DNA of 63,809 bases, filler included, from Craspedostauros australis (lineage: Eukaryota), in NCBI GenBank assembly GCA_030167865.1. It is 11 parts of 11 records of this genome, joined end to end, with 100 filler letters (N's around TTAATTAATTAA, not from the genome) between each part and the next. Parts side by side here need not be neighbours in the genome. Positions count along the whole stretch, not along the records: positions 43,699 to 50,837 come from JALAGF010003875.1; positions 50,938 to 54,715 come from JALAGF010003876.1; positions 54,816 to 59,789 come from JALAGF010003877.1; 8 more parts are not named here. One strand, written 5' to 3'. How positions within the stretch are numbered: the first letter of the stretch is position 1; each line of letters starts with the position of its first letter. Under the pieces are notes generated by a model. That model did not search any database. It was not told the DNA's origin and was given only the letters and a program-made list of their open reading frames with translations. Position numbers and translations under genes: made by a program. This document shows positions 44,905-55,829 of this stretch, piece by piece.

Positions 44905-46731
44905 TTACAGCTTGCTCAACTGCGGCCGTCCTCCGTACTTGCGAATCAATTCTTGTTTCAGCACCTTGCCCGATGCCGTTTTGGGGATGGTTGGGACGAG
45001 AAACAAATATCGCGGCCGTTTGTACTTGGCCAGATGATGCTGCGTGCACAGTTGCTGAATGATGTTGAGATTCATGTCGGCGCCGGTGGCAATGACGACA
45101 ACACACGCCACGGCTTCTCCGAATCGTTCATCAATTCTGGGAAACACGGCACATTCCACAATTTCGGCATGCCGCAGCAGGATGCGTTCGACTTCGGAAG
45201 CAAAGACGGTCTCCCCACCTGTCCGGATCGTGTCCGTGCTGCGGCCACAAAAGTAGAAGGTGCCGTCATCGACAAATCCCAAATCGGACGTGGTGAGGTA
45301 TTCATTGGGATTGCGATCGAGCTGCGTCGGTGCATCGCGATCCCAATACCCATTCATCATCTGCGGTCCTGCGAAGGCGATCAAGCCGATGCGGTTGTCT
45401 GTTTTCTGAATTTTTAGTTGAACATGCGGTGGCGGTGTCCCAATGCAGTCGGCAAACGAGACAGCAGCAGAGGTACGCTGCAGATCCAAAAACGTCAACG
45501 ACGACGCGGCTTCCGTGCAGGCGTAGGTTTGGAGGAACCGCGCGTTGGGGAGGATCTTCTGCTTGTACTGTTGGTGGAGCTTGTGCGGGATGGATTGGCC
45601 ACCGATCAACACCAATCGGACGTGGGAGTATCGTGCTGTGGGACGTTGTTGATGTGCGTATGCCTGTGCCATGGCCACCAGCATGGCCGGAACGACGACC
45701 AAGGTGTTGACGCAGTGCAATGCATCATCGGCATTTGTATCCTTCGACAAGCATTTCCAGACAAGCGGCGGATTGAAAGATGCCGGCGATTGCTGCGCGT
45801 TCGTTGAGATTGTCGCTGTTGTTGTTGCTGCTGGATGCGCCGGCAATGCCAAACAACCACCAGCTAGCAGGACCGCCAATGCGCTGCTGAGACCACCAAT
45901 GTGAAAGAACGGCACAGTCGACGCGAGCAGAACCGTGTCCAGGGAGTACTCACAAGGAGAATGGCACTTGGCGTACGCCTGGACGAGCAGCGCCCGGTGG
46001 CTCAATCGCACTCCCTTTGGTTGGCCGGATGTTGTCCCTGATGTGAACACAATGATGGCATCCTTGCTCGCGAATGCGTCGCCGCTTCGCAGTTCTGTCA
46101 ACGATGAACGTGACATTTTGTTAGCTTGCTTGGTGTCACTTTCATGATCGGATTGCGTTGTCAGCACAGGTCTGGACGATGCGGACAAGGATGGAAGATG
46201 CAGGCATTTGCACAGATGTTCGTTGCTGCTCGTGCCGCTTCTCTTGCTACCGTTGAGAATCTGAGACACCCTCTGCGCCGTTGCATGGAATTCACTGCTG
46301 TACAGAAGCAAGGTTCTGCACGTGACCGAGCCCTTTCCTGCTGCTCCTGCTGCCGCTGATGGTGCGAGCGCTCTGGCCATTTCCTGTGCCGTCCATCGCG
46401 TGTTCAGCATGACCGGCAACGCTGGAATTGCCCCGTCGTCTGCCGTGCAAGCCAGCACGGACATCAGCATGCTGAGCGAGTTGGAGGAGAGGTACGCCAC
46501 GACGACGCTGTGACAACCGCCATCGGTGGCATCCGCAGCAAGTGATTCTTGCAGAAAGGTCGACAGCCATCCCTTGTGCCACTGGATCGCCTCCCACGCC
46601 TCTCCATAGGTGATAATGTCCCTTCTCGCAACGCCATCCTGCGATGGATGAACGACTTGAAAGCAGGATCTGTGCTTGTGTCGTTCGGATACATGCCTCA
46701 GATCATGCAGAATCGTCCTCTTCAACTCCAT
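44905..46731 (-). CDS. AMP-dependent acyl-CoA ligase, MenE/AAE14 (o-succinylbenzoate-CoA ligase)-like, with peroxisomal PTS1
   Basis: FTSGTTSGQPKGV, PFFHIGGLSS, TYACTE, SDLG, GRSTDTIRTGGETV, PKTASGKV; ends in SKL; first ATG 46731. Substrate assignment is inferred. Confidence 0.8.
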   Translation of the reverse strand: MELKRTILHDLRHVSERHKHRSCFQVVHPSQDGVARRDIITYGEAWEAIQWHKGWLSTFLQESLAADATDGGCHSVVVAYLSSNSLSMLMSVLACTADDGAIPALPVMLNTRWTAQEMARALAPSAAAGAAGKGSVTCRTLLLYSSEFHATAQRVSQILNGSKRSGTSSNEHLCKCLHLPSLSASSRPVLTTQSDHESDTKQANKMSRSSLTELRSGDAFASKDAIIVFTSGTTSGQPKGVRLSHRALLVQAYAKCHSPCEYSLDTVLLASTVPFFHIGGLSSALAVLLAGGCLALPAHPAATTTATISTNAQQSPASFNPPLVWKCLSKDTNADDALHCVNTLVVVPAMLVAMAQAYAHQQRPTARYSHVRLVLIGGQSIPHKLHQQYKQKILPNARFLQTYACTEAASSLTFLDLQRTSAAVSFADCIGTPPPHVQLKIQKTDNRIGLIAFAGPQMMNGYWDRDAPTQLDRNPNEYLTTSDLGFVDDGTFYFCGRSTDTIRTGGETVFASEVERILLRHAEIVECAVFPRIDERFGEAVACVVVIATGADMNLNIIQQLCTQHHLAKYKRPRYLFLVPTIPKTASGKVLKQELIRKYGGRPQLSKL

Positions 46732-47177
46732 TGTCGTCGTGTCTGCCTCCTTCACTCCCTCTTGTTGTTGTTCTTGGATTCAAGTGGACAAGGGGTGGTG
46801 CGACGCCATCTTCTTGGTCGTCTTCTTGGAAGTGTCCCTTTGATGATCATCTTCATCTCTTGAACTCTCTCGTGGTTTGAGTTGTCACACGTGTTGTTTG
46901 TTCATTGGAGTTGCGTCATCGATTCGAAGATTCTGTCACGAGTGATTGTGTCCCGAGTAGAAGCAGATTTGGCGCCAAAAATGTTGTTGCGTTTGAGGTG
47001 GAGGTCGTATTCATGCAACAAATGCCCAAGGCATTGCATGAGCCATTCTGCTCGCCCGGCGATGGAGGATCCCAGTAAAATGCTCTTGGGATATCTATTA
47101 TACATTATGGTTACGTGAGCGATACCGAGTTCGCAGCAAGGCCCATCGATGTCTTCATTCAGATCAAGATGATGCAT

Positions 47178-49315
47178 TCAAAGCAACAGGATGATGCATA
47201 CACCACATGATCCGAATATCCCAAGCACATCAAATGTTATCAACGATCGTGCGACACCGCTTTTGGTTGATTGTGCGCCGTTGATCTGGTTTTGAACGCC
47301 CGAATCAACGCTTGATCTTTGGCCTGTGTCCCTCGATTCAGCCAGCGAGTTTTTGTCAGTGACATCGCTCGCAGCTGTCCGATTGGTCGATACTGTGGCT
47401 GACGTTGTCGTTGCTTCTGTCGCCTCGGTTGATGTTGGTTGAGTTGTGGTGGTAGCTGTGTCTGTGTCTGTGCCAGTAGTTGGCTGGGCCGTTGTCGTTG
47501 TCGTCGCCGTCGTTGCTGCCGTCGTTGTGGAAGGCGGGGGTTTCTCGGTCGTGGTGGTCGTAGTCGTTGTTGTTGTTGTTGTTGTTGTTGTTGTCGTCGT
47601 CGTAGTGACTGTCGTTGTTGTGGGTGTCGTGGTTGTACTGGTCGTGGTAGTTGCTGCTGCAGTTGTTGTTACTTCCGCTCCCCATGGTGAATTGATAATG
47701 TCAATGATCTCATCGTAGTACCAGCTGGCCGCAATGCCGAAATTGTTGCAAGAAGCAGCCCTGCCTTTGTGATGGCCAATCACCTTGTTGTCGGGAAAGC
47801 TCATGACGGGCGCACCAGACGATCCACCCTGCGTGTCGCAGCTATAGGTGAATTCTTCGTACAAAATGCACGCATCATTCTCATTACCCCATCCCGAGGT
47901 GTCATAAAAGCTGATTTCCTTCGACCACGATGATGGATGGTGCGGGATGTATATCTGCTGCCAGAGTTTGTATGATCGTTCGAATTCCAGATACCTGCCC
48001 AGTACAATATGATAAGCCATGATCGTGTGACTCCAGTTGTTGAGGAAAAAACATGAATGCGGCGCGAGTGCAAAGAGGAGTGTGAGCATGCGCATCGATC
48101 AATCTGCCGGAAATAATACAATGAGAGAGACCAACGCATGCTCGTACACAAAAGGCACTGCCAACGAAACCAAACTCACCCGTACGTCTTGCTCGGGTTG
48201 CCCTTGAGATGGACGAGAACGAAGTCGTTGTCTTCGTCTATTCTGGAGAGCTCATGCTTTTCATTTTCGGGTGCATCCCAGAGAACTCCCTTCAAGCCTC
48301 CATAGGAATCCCCATCCGTGCCACCACACACATCATCGGCCATGAATTCGAAATCCGTATTCTCCACATCGCGTTGAGTCTTGATGCAATGGTACGGTAC
48401 CATAAAGATGTCGTGCGGTCCGACCAAAAAGCCAGTGCAACCGGAATTGCCGTTGGTCACGACGCGCGCAATCGCGCGAGAGACGGCTGGCAGCCCTCGA
48501 TACTTGCTCTCGTCAGTGAAGCAGGCAGCATCCGTTGAATCGTCGACACCGCAAAGTGCTAGGTTGCGTTGATCTTGCTGGTCCGGCTGGTGCTGATCAT
48601 TCACATCATATTGATTTATTGCAGAAGAAGCGTGCGCGTTGACTGATTCATACGAGTGCTCATTGGAGAAGTGCATTGCTTCTGCTTCGGATGGTTCCGA
48701 CTCGTGTTGTTCGCGCAGATGCCGCTGCCGGTGCTGTCCCCGTTGATGCTGACGTGATGGCAAAGACGGATAACCAGCCGCGTAGCGATCGACATTGAAG
48801 TGCACACTCAGAGTGTGAGATTCATCATTCTCGTCAGACTCAATGGGACATTGCGTCGTGATGTATGCAGTATCCCCCATGACCTGATGGGACCATTGTC
48901 GCAGGGACGAGATCTGATCGTCATGACGAAAGATGGTTGGTGTTTGCTCGTGCTGTGGATCATGCACGAGTAGAGAACAGCCATCATCGATCTGGAACGA
49001 TTCCAAATGAATGGAAAGGTAGGAAGCACCAGAGTGCTCCAAACGGTACGATTGCCTCTTTGAATTTCCAACGATGGAATGAATCGATGGCTGTGTTGAG
49101 GATATCCATGTGTTGTGGATGTCACCAATGAGATTTGGCGGGTCGCTCGATGTGATCGATCCCGCTGGTAACTTGTGCGGTCGGGAACTTGGTGCCACTG
49201 CCACCGTCACTGCCATTGCGAATGGTATGACCATGGCTGCCATCGTCATGAACACTGCTGTCGATGTGCGAGTAATTGTCGCCATCGTGAACATCGGTCG
49301 GAGCTTCGTCATCAT
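47178..49315 (-). CDS. Secreted, probably GPI-anchored trypsin-like serine protease with Thr-rich stalk; exons 49315-48180 and 47994-47178
   Basis: Hydrophobic signal region; GCTGFLV, VPYHC (His), DFVLV (Asp), DTQGGSSGAPV (Ser). Phase-2 intron GTGAGT(48179)...CAG(47995) gives TYGYLEF...IYIPHHP; poly-Thr linker; hydrophobic C-terminus after KSG. Confidence 0.85.
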
Positions 49316-50937
49316 CGTCCCGCGTCTTCTACGTTGTTGATCTGGTGAAATGTTCCTCTGATATGTGCGTACTTGTATGTGACATGCCCCTCTCTTGGGG
49401 ATGGCGCCATCACACCGAGCCTCCATCATCATCCCTAGTATGCTGTGGAACGCAGTGTCGTGCGACCACGGCAGAACCATGTGGCGATCTTTGTGGGCTT
49501 TCCAGGCGCGAGGAGATTCCGCATGTGCAGATCCATTTGTCCAAACAACATCCGAACACGTCCTCATCTCGGTGGTGTTGTGACGGTGTCCCACCAATGT
49601 TGCTGGCAAATTAGAGTGGAAAACCGACGCATCGGTCGTGCATATTTCATTCGGGTGCAGAGAGTGGATGAATGTTCGCTGTTGTTGCCGTTGTTGTCAC
49701 CTGTTGGAATCACAGAACATGTCGCATGTTTCTCGTTGCGTTCTCGTTGTGCCTGTTTTGTGCTGAACGTCGAGTCGTTCGGGATTTTCATCGCATTTTT
49801 GACATTTGTGATTGGTTGTGACTGTGGGATTCTTGCTTGCACATGGTCACAAACGTGACTGGAGTGGTAAAAAGGATGGTGAGATGCTTGTTCGAATGAT
49901 CACACTGTGCCTGTGAGTGCATACAATTGTGACATTTTGGAGCCAACGACGGTTACTCGAGGCTTCAATCCGTTAACAATGTGCGTTTAAACTTCTGTCC
50001 TGTGGTATGAATCGTGAATGTTCCGATTCGTGATTTGGGTTTCGGTTTAGGAGCCCATTCAGTCACAAACCAACGAGTCGCGGGGGGAGCAGTCTATATG
50101 CGTTTTCAGGTTATTGCAGAATATTATGCAGCGTGTTGTGAAGTATATATAAAAAAATATCCGAGGTGGATCATCATTATATTAGATAAGTTATGGGCTG
50201 CTGTGGGTTTCAGGTAGACTCCTTGTAGGCACGCACGAAGTGAAGACGAACGGATGGTGTCAGAACACGATTTCGTTGATGAGGCTTCGGATCGACGAGA
50301 AATACAGCATCACAGTTGACAACTGGTGGTTTCTGGTGGTCTCCAGAAAGGACGTGGAACCCTGGAGGGATTCCAAAGAGAGACGCTAGCGCTAAGTAAA
50401 GAGAAGCCTTGAACCCTGTTCGTTTGTCTTCAAAAATGTCAAAAAAGACAACATTGATCTTTTTTGGACAACCAGAGAACATCACAGTTAAACAAGAATC
50501 GTCCTTGGCATGTGCTTCATTCGGGCGTTGTGTGCTTGACTTGTGCTGGAAACAGTTTTGAATTATTTTGATCCAATCGATGAGTTTCCAACCGTTCGAC
50601 AGATAAGAGGTCATGCGTACAGACGGATCTTCTGCCATGTACATAGCACCAGAATGAATTGACGATCGTGTGGGAAATTGTTGGTTGGGGTTGCTCCAGC
50701 GGCTTTCGGAGCGTCGGGACAACGGAGGAGGTTCCGTTCGGCCTCCCAAAAATCAGTGCAGCAACAACAACAGTCCACCTCCGCAACCCCAAACAACTCA
50801 AACACAATCACAACCAACAGGCAGAAAAGAGACAACCNNNNNNNNNNNNNNNNNNNNNNNNNNNNNNNNNNNNNNNNNNNNTTAATTAATTAANNNNNNN
50901 NNNNNNNNNNNNNNNNNNNNNNNNNNNNNNNNNNNNN

Positions 50938-52592
50938 CCTTTCTGCAAGAATCACTTGCTGCGGATGCCACCGATGGCGGTTGTCACAGCGTCGTCGTGG
51001 CGTACCTCTCCTCCAACTCGCTCAGCATGCTGATGTCCGTGCTGGCTTGCACGGCAGACGACGGGGCAATTCCAGCGTTGCCGGTCATGCTGAACACGCG
51101 ATGGACGGCACAGGAAATGGCCAGAGCGCTCGCACCATCAGCGGCAGCAGGAGCAGCAGGAAAGGGCTCGGTCACGTGCAGAACCTTGCTTCTGTACAGC
51201 AGTGAATTCCATGCAACGGCGCAGAGGGTGTCTCAGATTCTCAACGGTAGCAAGAGAAGCGGCACGAGCAGCAACGAACATCTGTGCAAATGCCTGCATC
51301 TTCCATCCTTGTCCGCATCGTCCAGACCTGTGCTGACAACGCAATCCGATCATGAAAGTGACACCAAGCAAGCTAACAAAATGTCACGTTCATCGTTGAC
51401 AGAACTGCGAAGCGGCGACGCATTCGCGAGCAAGGATGCCATCATTGTGTTCACATCAGGGACAACATCCGGCCAACCAAAGGGAGTGCGATTGAGCCAC
51501 CGGGCGCTGCTCGTCCAGGCGTACGCCAAGTGCCATTCTCCTTGTGAGTACTCCCTGGACACGGTTCTGCTCGCGTCGACTGTGCCGTTCTTTCACATTG
51601 GTGGTCTCAGCAGCGCATTGGCGGTCCTGCTAGCTGGTGGTTGTTTGGCATTGCCGGCGCATCCAGCAGCAACAACAACAGCGACAATCTCAACGAACGC
51701 GCAGCAATCGCCGGCATCTTTCAATCCGCCGCTTGTCTGGAAATGCTTGTCGAAGGATACAAATGCCGATGATGCATTGCACTGCGTCAACACCTTGGTC
51801 GTCGTTCCGGCCATGCTGGTGGCCATGGCACAGGCATACGCACATCAACAACGTCCCACAGCACGATACTCCCACGTCCGATTGGTGTTGATCGGTGGCC
51901 AATCCATCCCGCACAAGCTCCACCAACAGTACAAGCAGAAGATCCTCCCCAACGCGCGGTTCCTCCAAACCTACGCCTGCACGGAAGCCGCGTCGTCGTT
52001 GACGTTTTTGGATCTGCAGCGTACCTCTGCTGCTGTCTCGTTTGCCGACTGCATTGGGACACCGCCACCGCATGTTCAACTAAAAATTCAGAAAACAGAC
52101 AACCGCATCGGCTTGATCGCCTTCGCAGGACCGCAGATGATGAATGGGTATTGGGATCGCGATGCACCGACGCAGCTCGATCGCAATCCCAATGAATACC
52201 TCACCACGTCCGATTTGGGATTTGTCGATGACGGCACCTTCTACTTTTGTGGCCGCAGCACGGACACGATCCGGACAGGTGGGGAGACCGTCTTTGCTTC
52301 CGAAGTCGAACGCATCCTGCTGCGGCATGCCGAAATTGTGGAATGTGCCGTGTTTCCCAGAATTGATGAACGATTCGGAGAAGCCGTGGCGTGTGTTGTC
52401 GTCATTGCCACCGGCGCCGACATGAATCTCAACATCATTCAGCAACTGTGCACGCAGCATCATCTGGCCAAGTACAAACGGCCGCGATATTTGTTTCTCG
52501 TCCCAACCATCCCCAAAACGGCATCGGGCAAGGTGCTGAAACAAGAATTGATTCGCAAGTACGGAGGACGGCCGCAGTTGAGCAAGCTGTAA
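50938..52592 (+). CDS. Redundant 5'-truncated copy of the MenE/AAE14-like ligase
   Basis: Translation identical to 44905-46559; begins at the contig edge. Confidence 0.8.
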
Positions 52593-52597
52593 TAATT

Positions 52598-53797
52598 TCA
52601 TCGATTCTTATTCTTTCCCATACCCTTGACCATTCGTTTATGCAGCTTCTTGACTCGTTTTTCAGTCTTCTTTTCGATGGCGGCGCGTTTGGAATTGGTG
52701 GACGATTTGCGCTTGGCGCCGCGTTTGCGGTCTTTCTCTGAATAGGATTTGGACGACTGCGTTGCCTGCTTGGCGAGGATGCGACGAAATGCTCCTGCGG
52801 TTGCCTGTTCGTGGACGGCGCCGGCGGATTTCGTCTGGCGTTGCTTGCCGTTCGACGGTGATTTGGGGACGCTAGCGCCGGTCGCAGCACTCTTCTTGGC
52901 TGTGCTGCGATTGCCTTTGCCACCTTTCAATCGCTTGCCACACACCTGAACGCGCAGCTCTCGTTTGTTGTACGTTGTGCCGTGCAGCTTCAGCGCCGAG
53001 GCTGCCAATGATTTGTCGCGGAACAGAATGTAACCGAATCCCTTGCATTGGCGCGTTTCCTTGTCTCTCACAATTCGAACACCTTCGATGTCGCCCTTGT
53101 CCAACGAACAGCCGGTTTCGAAGTGCTTTTGCAATGACGCTTCGTCGGTGTGGCCGTGCGACAGATTGCCGACGAAGACGCTGCGCGATGCATCAATCGT
53201 GGGTTTCGCACGATCGATGCGCAACGTGTGTCCTTCCACTTTCAATACGTTATTGAGCTGCAGCGCCTTCTCAACCGATTCCGCAGATTTGAAGACGACG
53301 TATCCTTGCACCGTGGCCGCGGTGGATTCTATCTTCCCCGTGTTGACGCAAACCTTGCGCATGAGATCCTGGTTGCCGGCCTCGGAGGGCGGAAGCTTGA
53401 TGCCCGTGACGGGGATGTTGCGCAGACGCGCGCTGTGGACCGTCCCGCAGTCAGCGAACAGCCTGGCCAGCGCCTTGCGCGAAATGAGGGGGAGGTTGCC
53501 GACGAAGATGGTGCGCTCGTCGTCAATTCTGCCGCCAGCGTCATTGCCGTCCTCCGGGTTCTGCGTTGCGCCAGCTGGCTTCTGTGGCTTCCTGCCCTTC
53601 GTTCTCCGCTTGTTGCCATCTGCGGCTTCCTCCGAGAAAGTGGCATCGCCGTCGCCACTTCTATCGCGGCTGGGCGGCCGTTCCACGGGCTTGTGCTGCG
53701 GGCGTTCTGGAAGCGCCTTCGACTCATCGAACAGCGATTCCCTGGTTTCATCCTTCTGCGCTTCTCCGCCGAAGATCGATCCAAGGAGGCTCGTCAT
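52598..53797 (-). CDS. RBM34: Redundant copy of the RBM34/Nop12-like gene, here with its upstream region
   Basis: 399-aa translation identical to 43700-44899. Confidence 0.85.
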   Translation of the reverse strand: MTSLLGSIFGGEAQKDETRESLFDESKALPERPQHKPVERPPSRDRSGDGDATFSEEAADGNKRRTKGRKPQKPAGATQNPEDGNDAGGRIDDERTIFVGNLPLISRKALARLFADCGTVHSARLRNIPVTGIKLPPSEAGNQDLMRKVCVNTGKIESTAATVQGYVVFKSAESVEKALQLNNVLKVEGHTLRIDRAKPTIDASRSVFVGNLSHGHTDEASLQKHFETGCSLDKGDIEGVRIVRDKETRQCKGFGYILFRDKSLAASALKLHGTTYNKRELRVQVCGKRLKGGKGNRSTAKKSAATGASVPKSPSNGKQRQTKSAGAVHEQATAGAFRRILAKQATQSSKSYSEKDRKRGAKRKSSTNSKRAAIEKKTEKRVKKLHKRMVKGMGKNKNR

Positions 53798-54815
53798 GGT
53801 TATTCGGACTTCAACGGCTGGCTGAACAGAACAGAAATGGTTGACTGTCTCACTACTGCAGGTGGTGCTGTAGGTCGTATGAGTATTATATCATATAGTA
53901 TAGTGTAATATTATAGAATGGATCGTATGGCACTATGATCTATGCTTGGAACGATCAGGCGAGATGCGCTCACATGAGGGAACACAGCAGCGGCAGGTTC
54001 CGCAGGTGAACAAGAAGAAAGCTGTGATGTTTTCGATGTTGTTGTTGTTGCGGATGTCCGCGACGTGGTTGGTGATCGTGGAGGCTACGGATGGCCGGCC
54101 AGACGAGAATTGAATTCTGCGTCTCCGAATCGCTCACAAAATGGTGCTCCAGCCAAATGGAAAGGAGACGAGGAGAATTGCGCATGTTACGACTATACGT
54201 ATGTACAACATCCACAAGGAGCACGACCTATGACATGCAACAGTGCGGAAGAAGAGTGTTGTTTTCACATGTGCTGCTCTCTTCGCTAGTTTATAGATGC
54301 TATCAAATCATGCCATGGCAAAGCTGTGGCCAAGGTTTGATGTGATCTACTCGAAAGAAGAGGTCGTGGGACAGCACATGCCCTTTCCGCGGTTTAGACT
54401 CCAATGTGGACATGGGCAAGACGACACAGCCTCTTGTGCAGACGGCTGTAATCCTTTTTCCTTTCGGACTTTCATGCGGTTGATACCGGTAGGCAGACAC
54501 TTCGTCGCCGGTCGTCTCCGTGCACAAGATACGTCGCCTCTATGGACGTCAGGAACAGGCCCACCCCGATAACGTCATCGTCCGGGGTGGGGCGGGTTTG
54601 CGAATCGGGTCACTGTTCATTTTTCTGGGGTGGCTAATCCAATAGACACATAGCTTGTCTGCGTTGGGTGGTAGGGCTACTAGCACCTCCAAGCTTGCCT
54701 TGGATCATCCGGCTCNNNNNNNNNNNNNNNNNNNNNNNNNNNNNNNNNNNNNNNNNNNNTTAATTAATTAANNNNNNNNNNNNNNNNNNNNNNNNNNNNN
54801 NNNNNNNNNNNNNNN

Positions 54816-55713
54816 CTGCGCTCGAACGACCTACCTAGATCTCTCACTCCTGGGTCTACCGCAGGGTTGCCAATTCCACAGGCCATAAAACATACCGCAC
54901 TGGGCACTCAGCTCTCGCCATCGTGCACTTCACTCTCTTTTTCTGTCATCGCGAAAGGCGCCGCTGCCGAACCCGGCGACCTGCCGTATCCTGCCTCGTC
55001 GCATATTCCTTCCGCTTTCGCTGTTGCTGAATCAGGTCGCCCGTACTCCGCTGCAACCCTGCTTGCCGGGCTGCCCGTGCATGACGCACCCACAACATTT
55101 GGTCCTCTGCCGATTGTGCTCGAACCGCTGCCTCCGTCGTGTGGGTCAGCAGCCTGGTGTCGTCACCTTTGATCCCTCGTACTCCATGGCGCCACTCGTC
55201 TCTTACTGCATCCGCAGCCTCCTGAGACACTTTGGCCACCGCCGCCGCCTGCTCACTTTCGTGTAGTACTTGCTGTATGTCATCCACGCCTTCCACCCAA
55301 CTTCCCATAGCCCTACCATGGCTCTCGCAATCCAATTGGCCGGCCTTCCCGGCTGGCCGCGGACCTCCATCGTGCATTCCTGAATTCTCTGCCACTTCGT
55401 GGACCACCGACCTCGCACCATCATTCCCCACCCTATCGCCTTCTGCTCCGACATCGCCTGTTGCAACCGCATGATGTATCATACATACTCTGTGGCGCTC
55501 TATCGCTCGATTACTCGTCGGACACTTCCCAGTCACCTGCAGTCGCGGAATCCAGTGGGTATTGTGGAATAGAATAGAGTACTCTACCCGTCGGAGCATC
55601 ACAGACAACCGTAGCGTAACTCTGTTATCAGGAGTATGTATAATAGATCGTAAACCATCATAGAGTACTTGCACCTGCGTTCGCCATGCTACTCTCACTA
55701 TTCTACATTTCAC
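54816..55713 (-). mobile_element. Degenerate 3' region of a non-LTR retrotransposon (Ambal/LINE-like)
   Basis: Broken frames include EQKAIGWGMMVRGRWSTKWQRIQ...WIARAMVGLWEVGWKAW, the Trp-rich C-terminal pattern of diatom non-LTR pol proteins; stops and frameshifts present; no RT core in view. Confidence 0.55.
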
Positions 55714-55829
55714 GCACGTACGGCCGTATCGGTGGCATCAAACCAAACCGTATGCAACCATGGAGGACTGCAGTCGCAGTCGCAACCAGCGTCAGGGCCA
55801 TCGTCATCAAATTGTCATCATAATCGTCA

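Larger units (their letters stand above)
50938..53798. repeat. Inverted duplicate of 43699-46559 (overlapping, unmerged contigs)
   Basis: Identical mirror ORFs; each copy begins at a contig edge; coordinates sum to 97497. Confidence 0.92.

Noticed and set aside
50210..50749. 179-aa minus-strand ORF
   Set aside because: TTG start, no recognisable motif, next to a gap; may be a gene or TE fragment but is unsupported.
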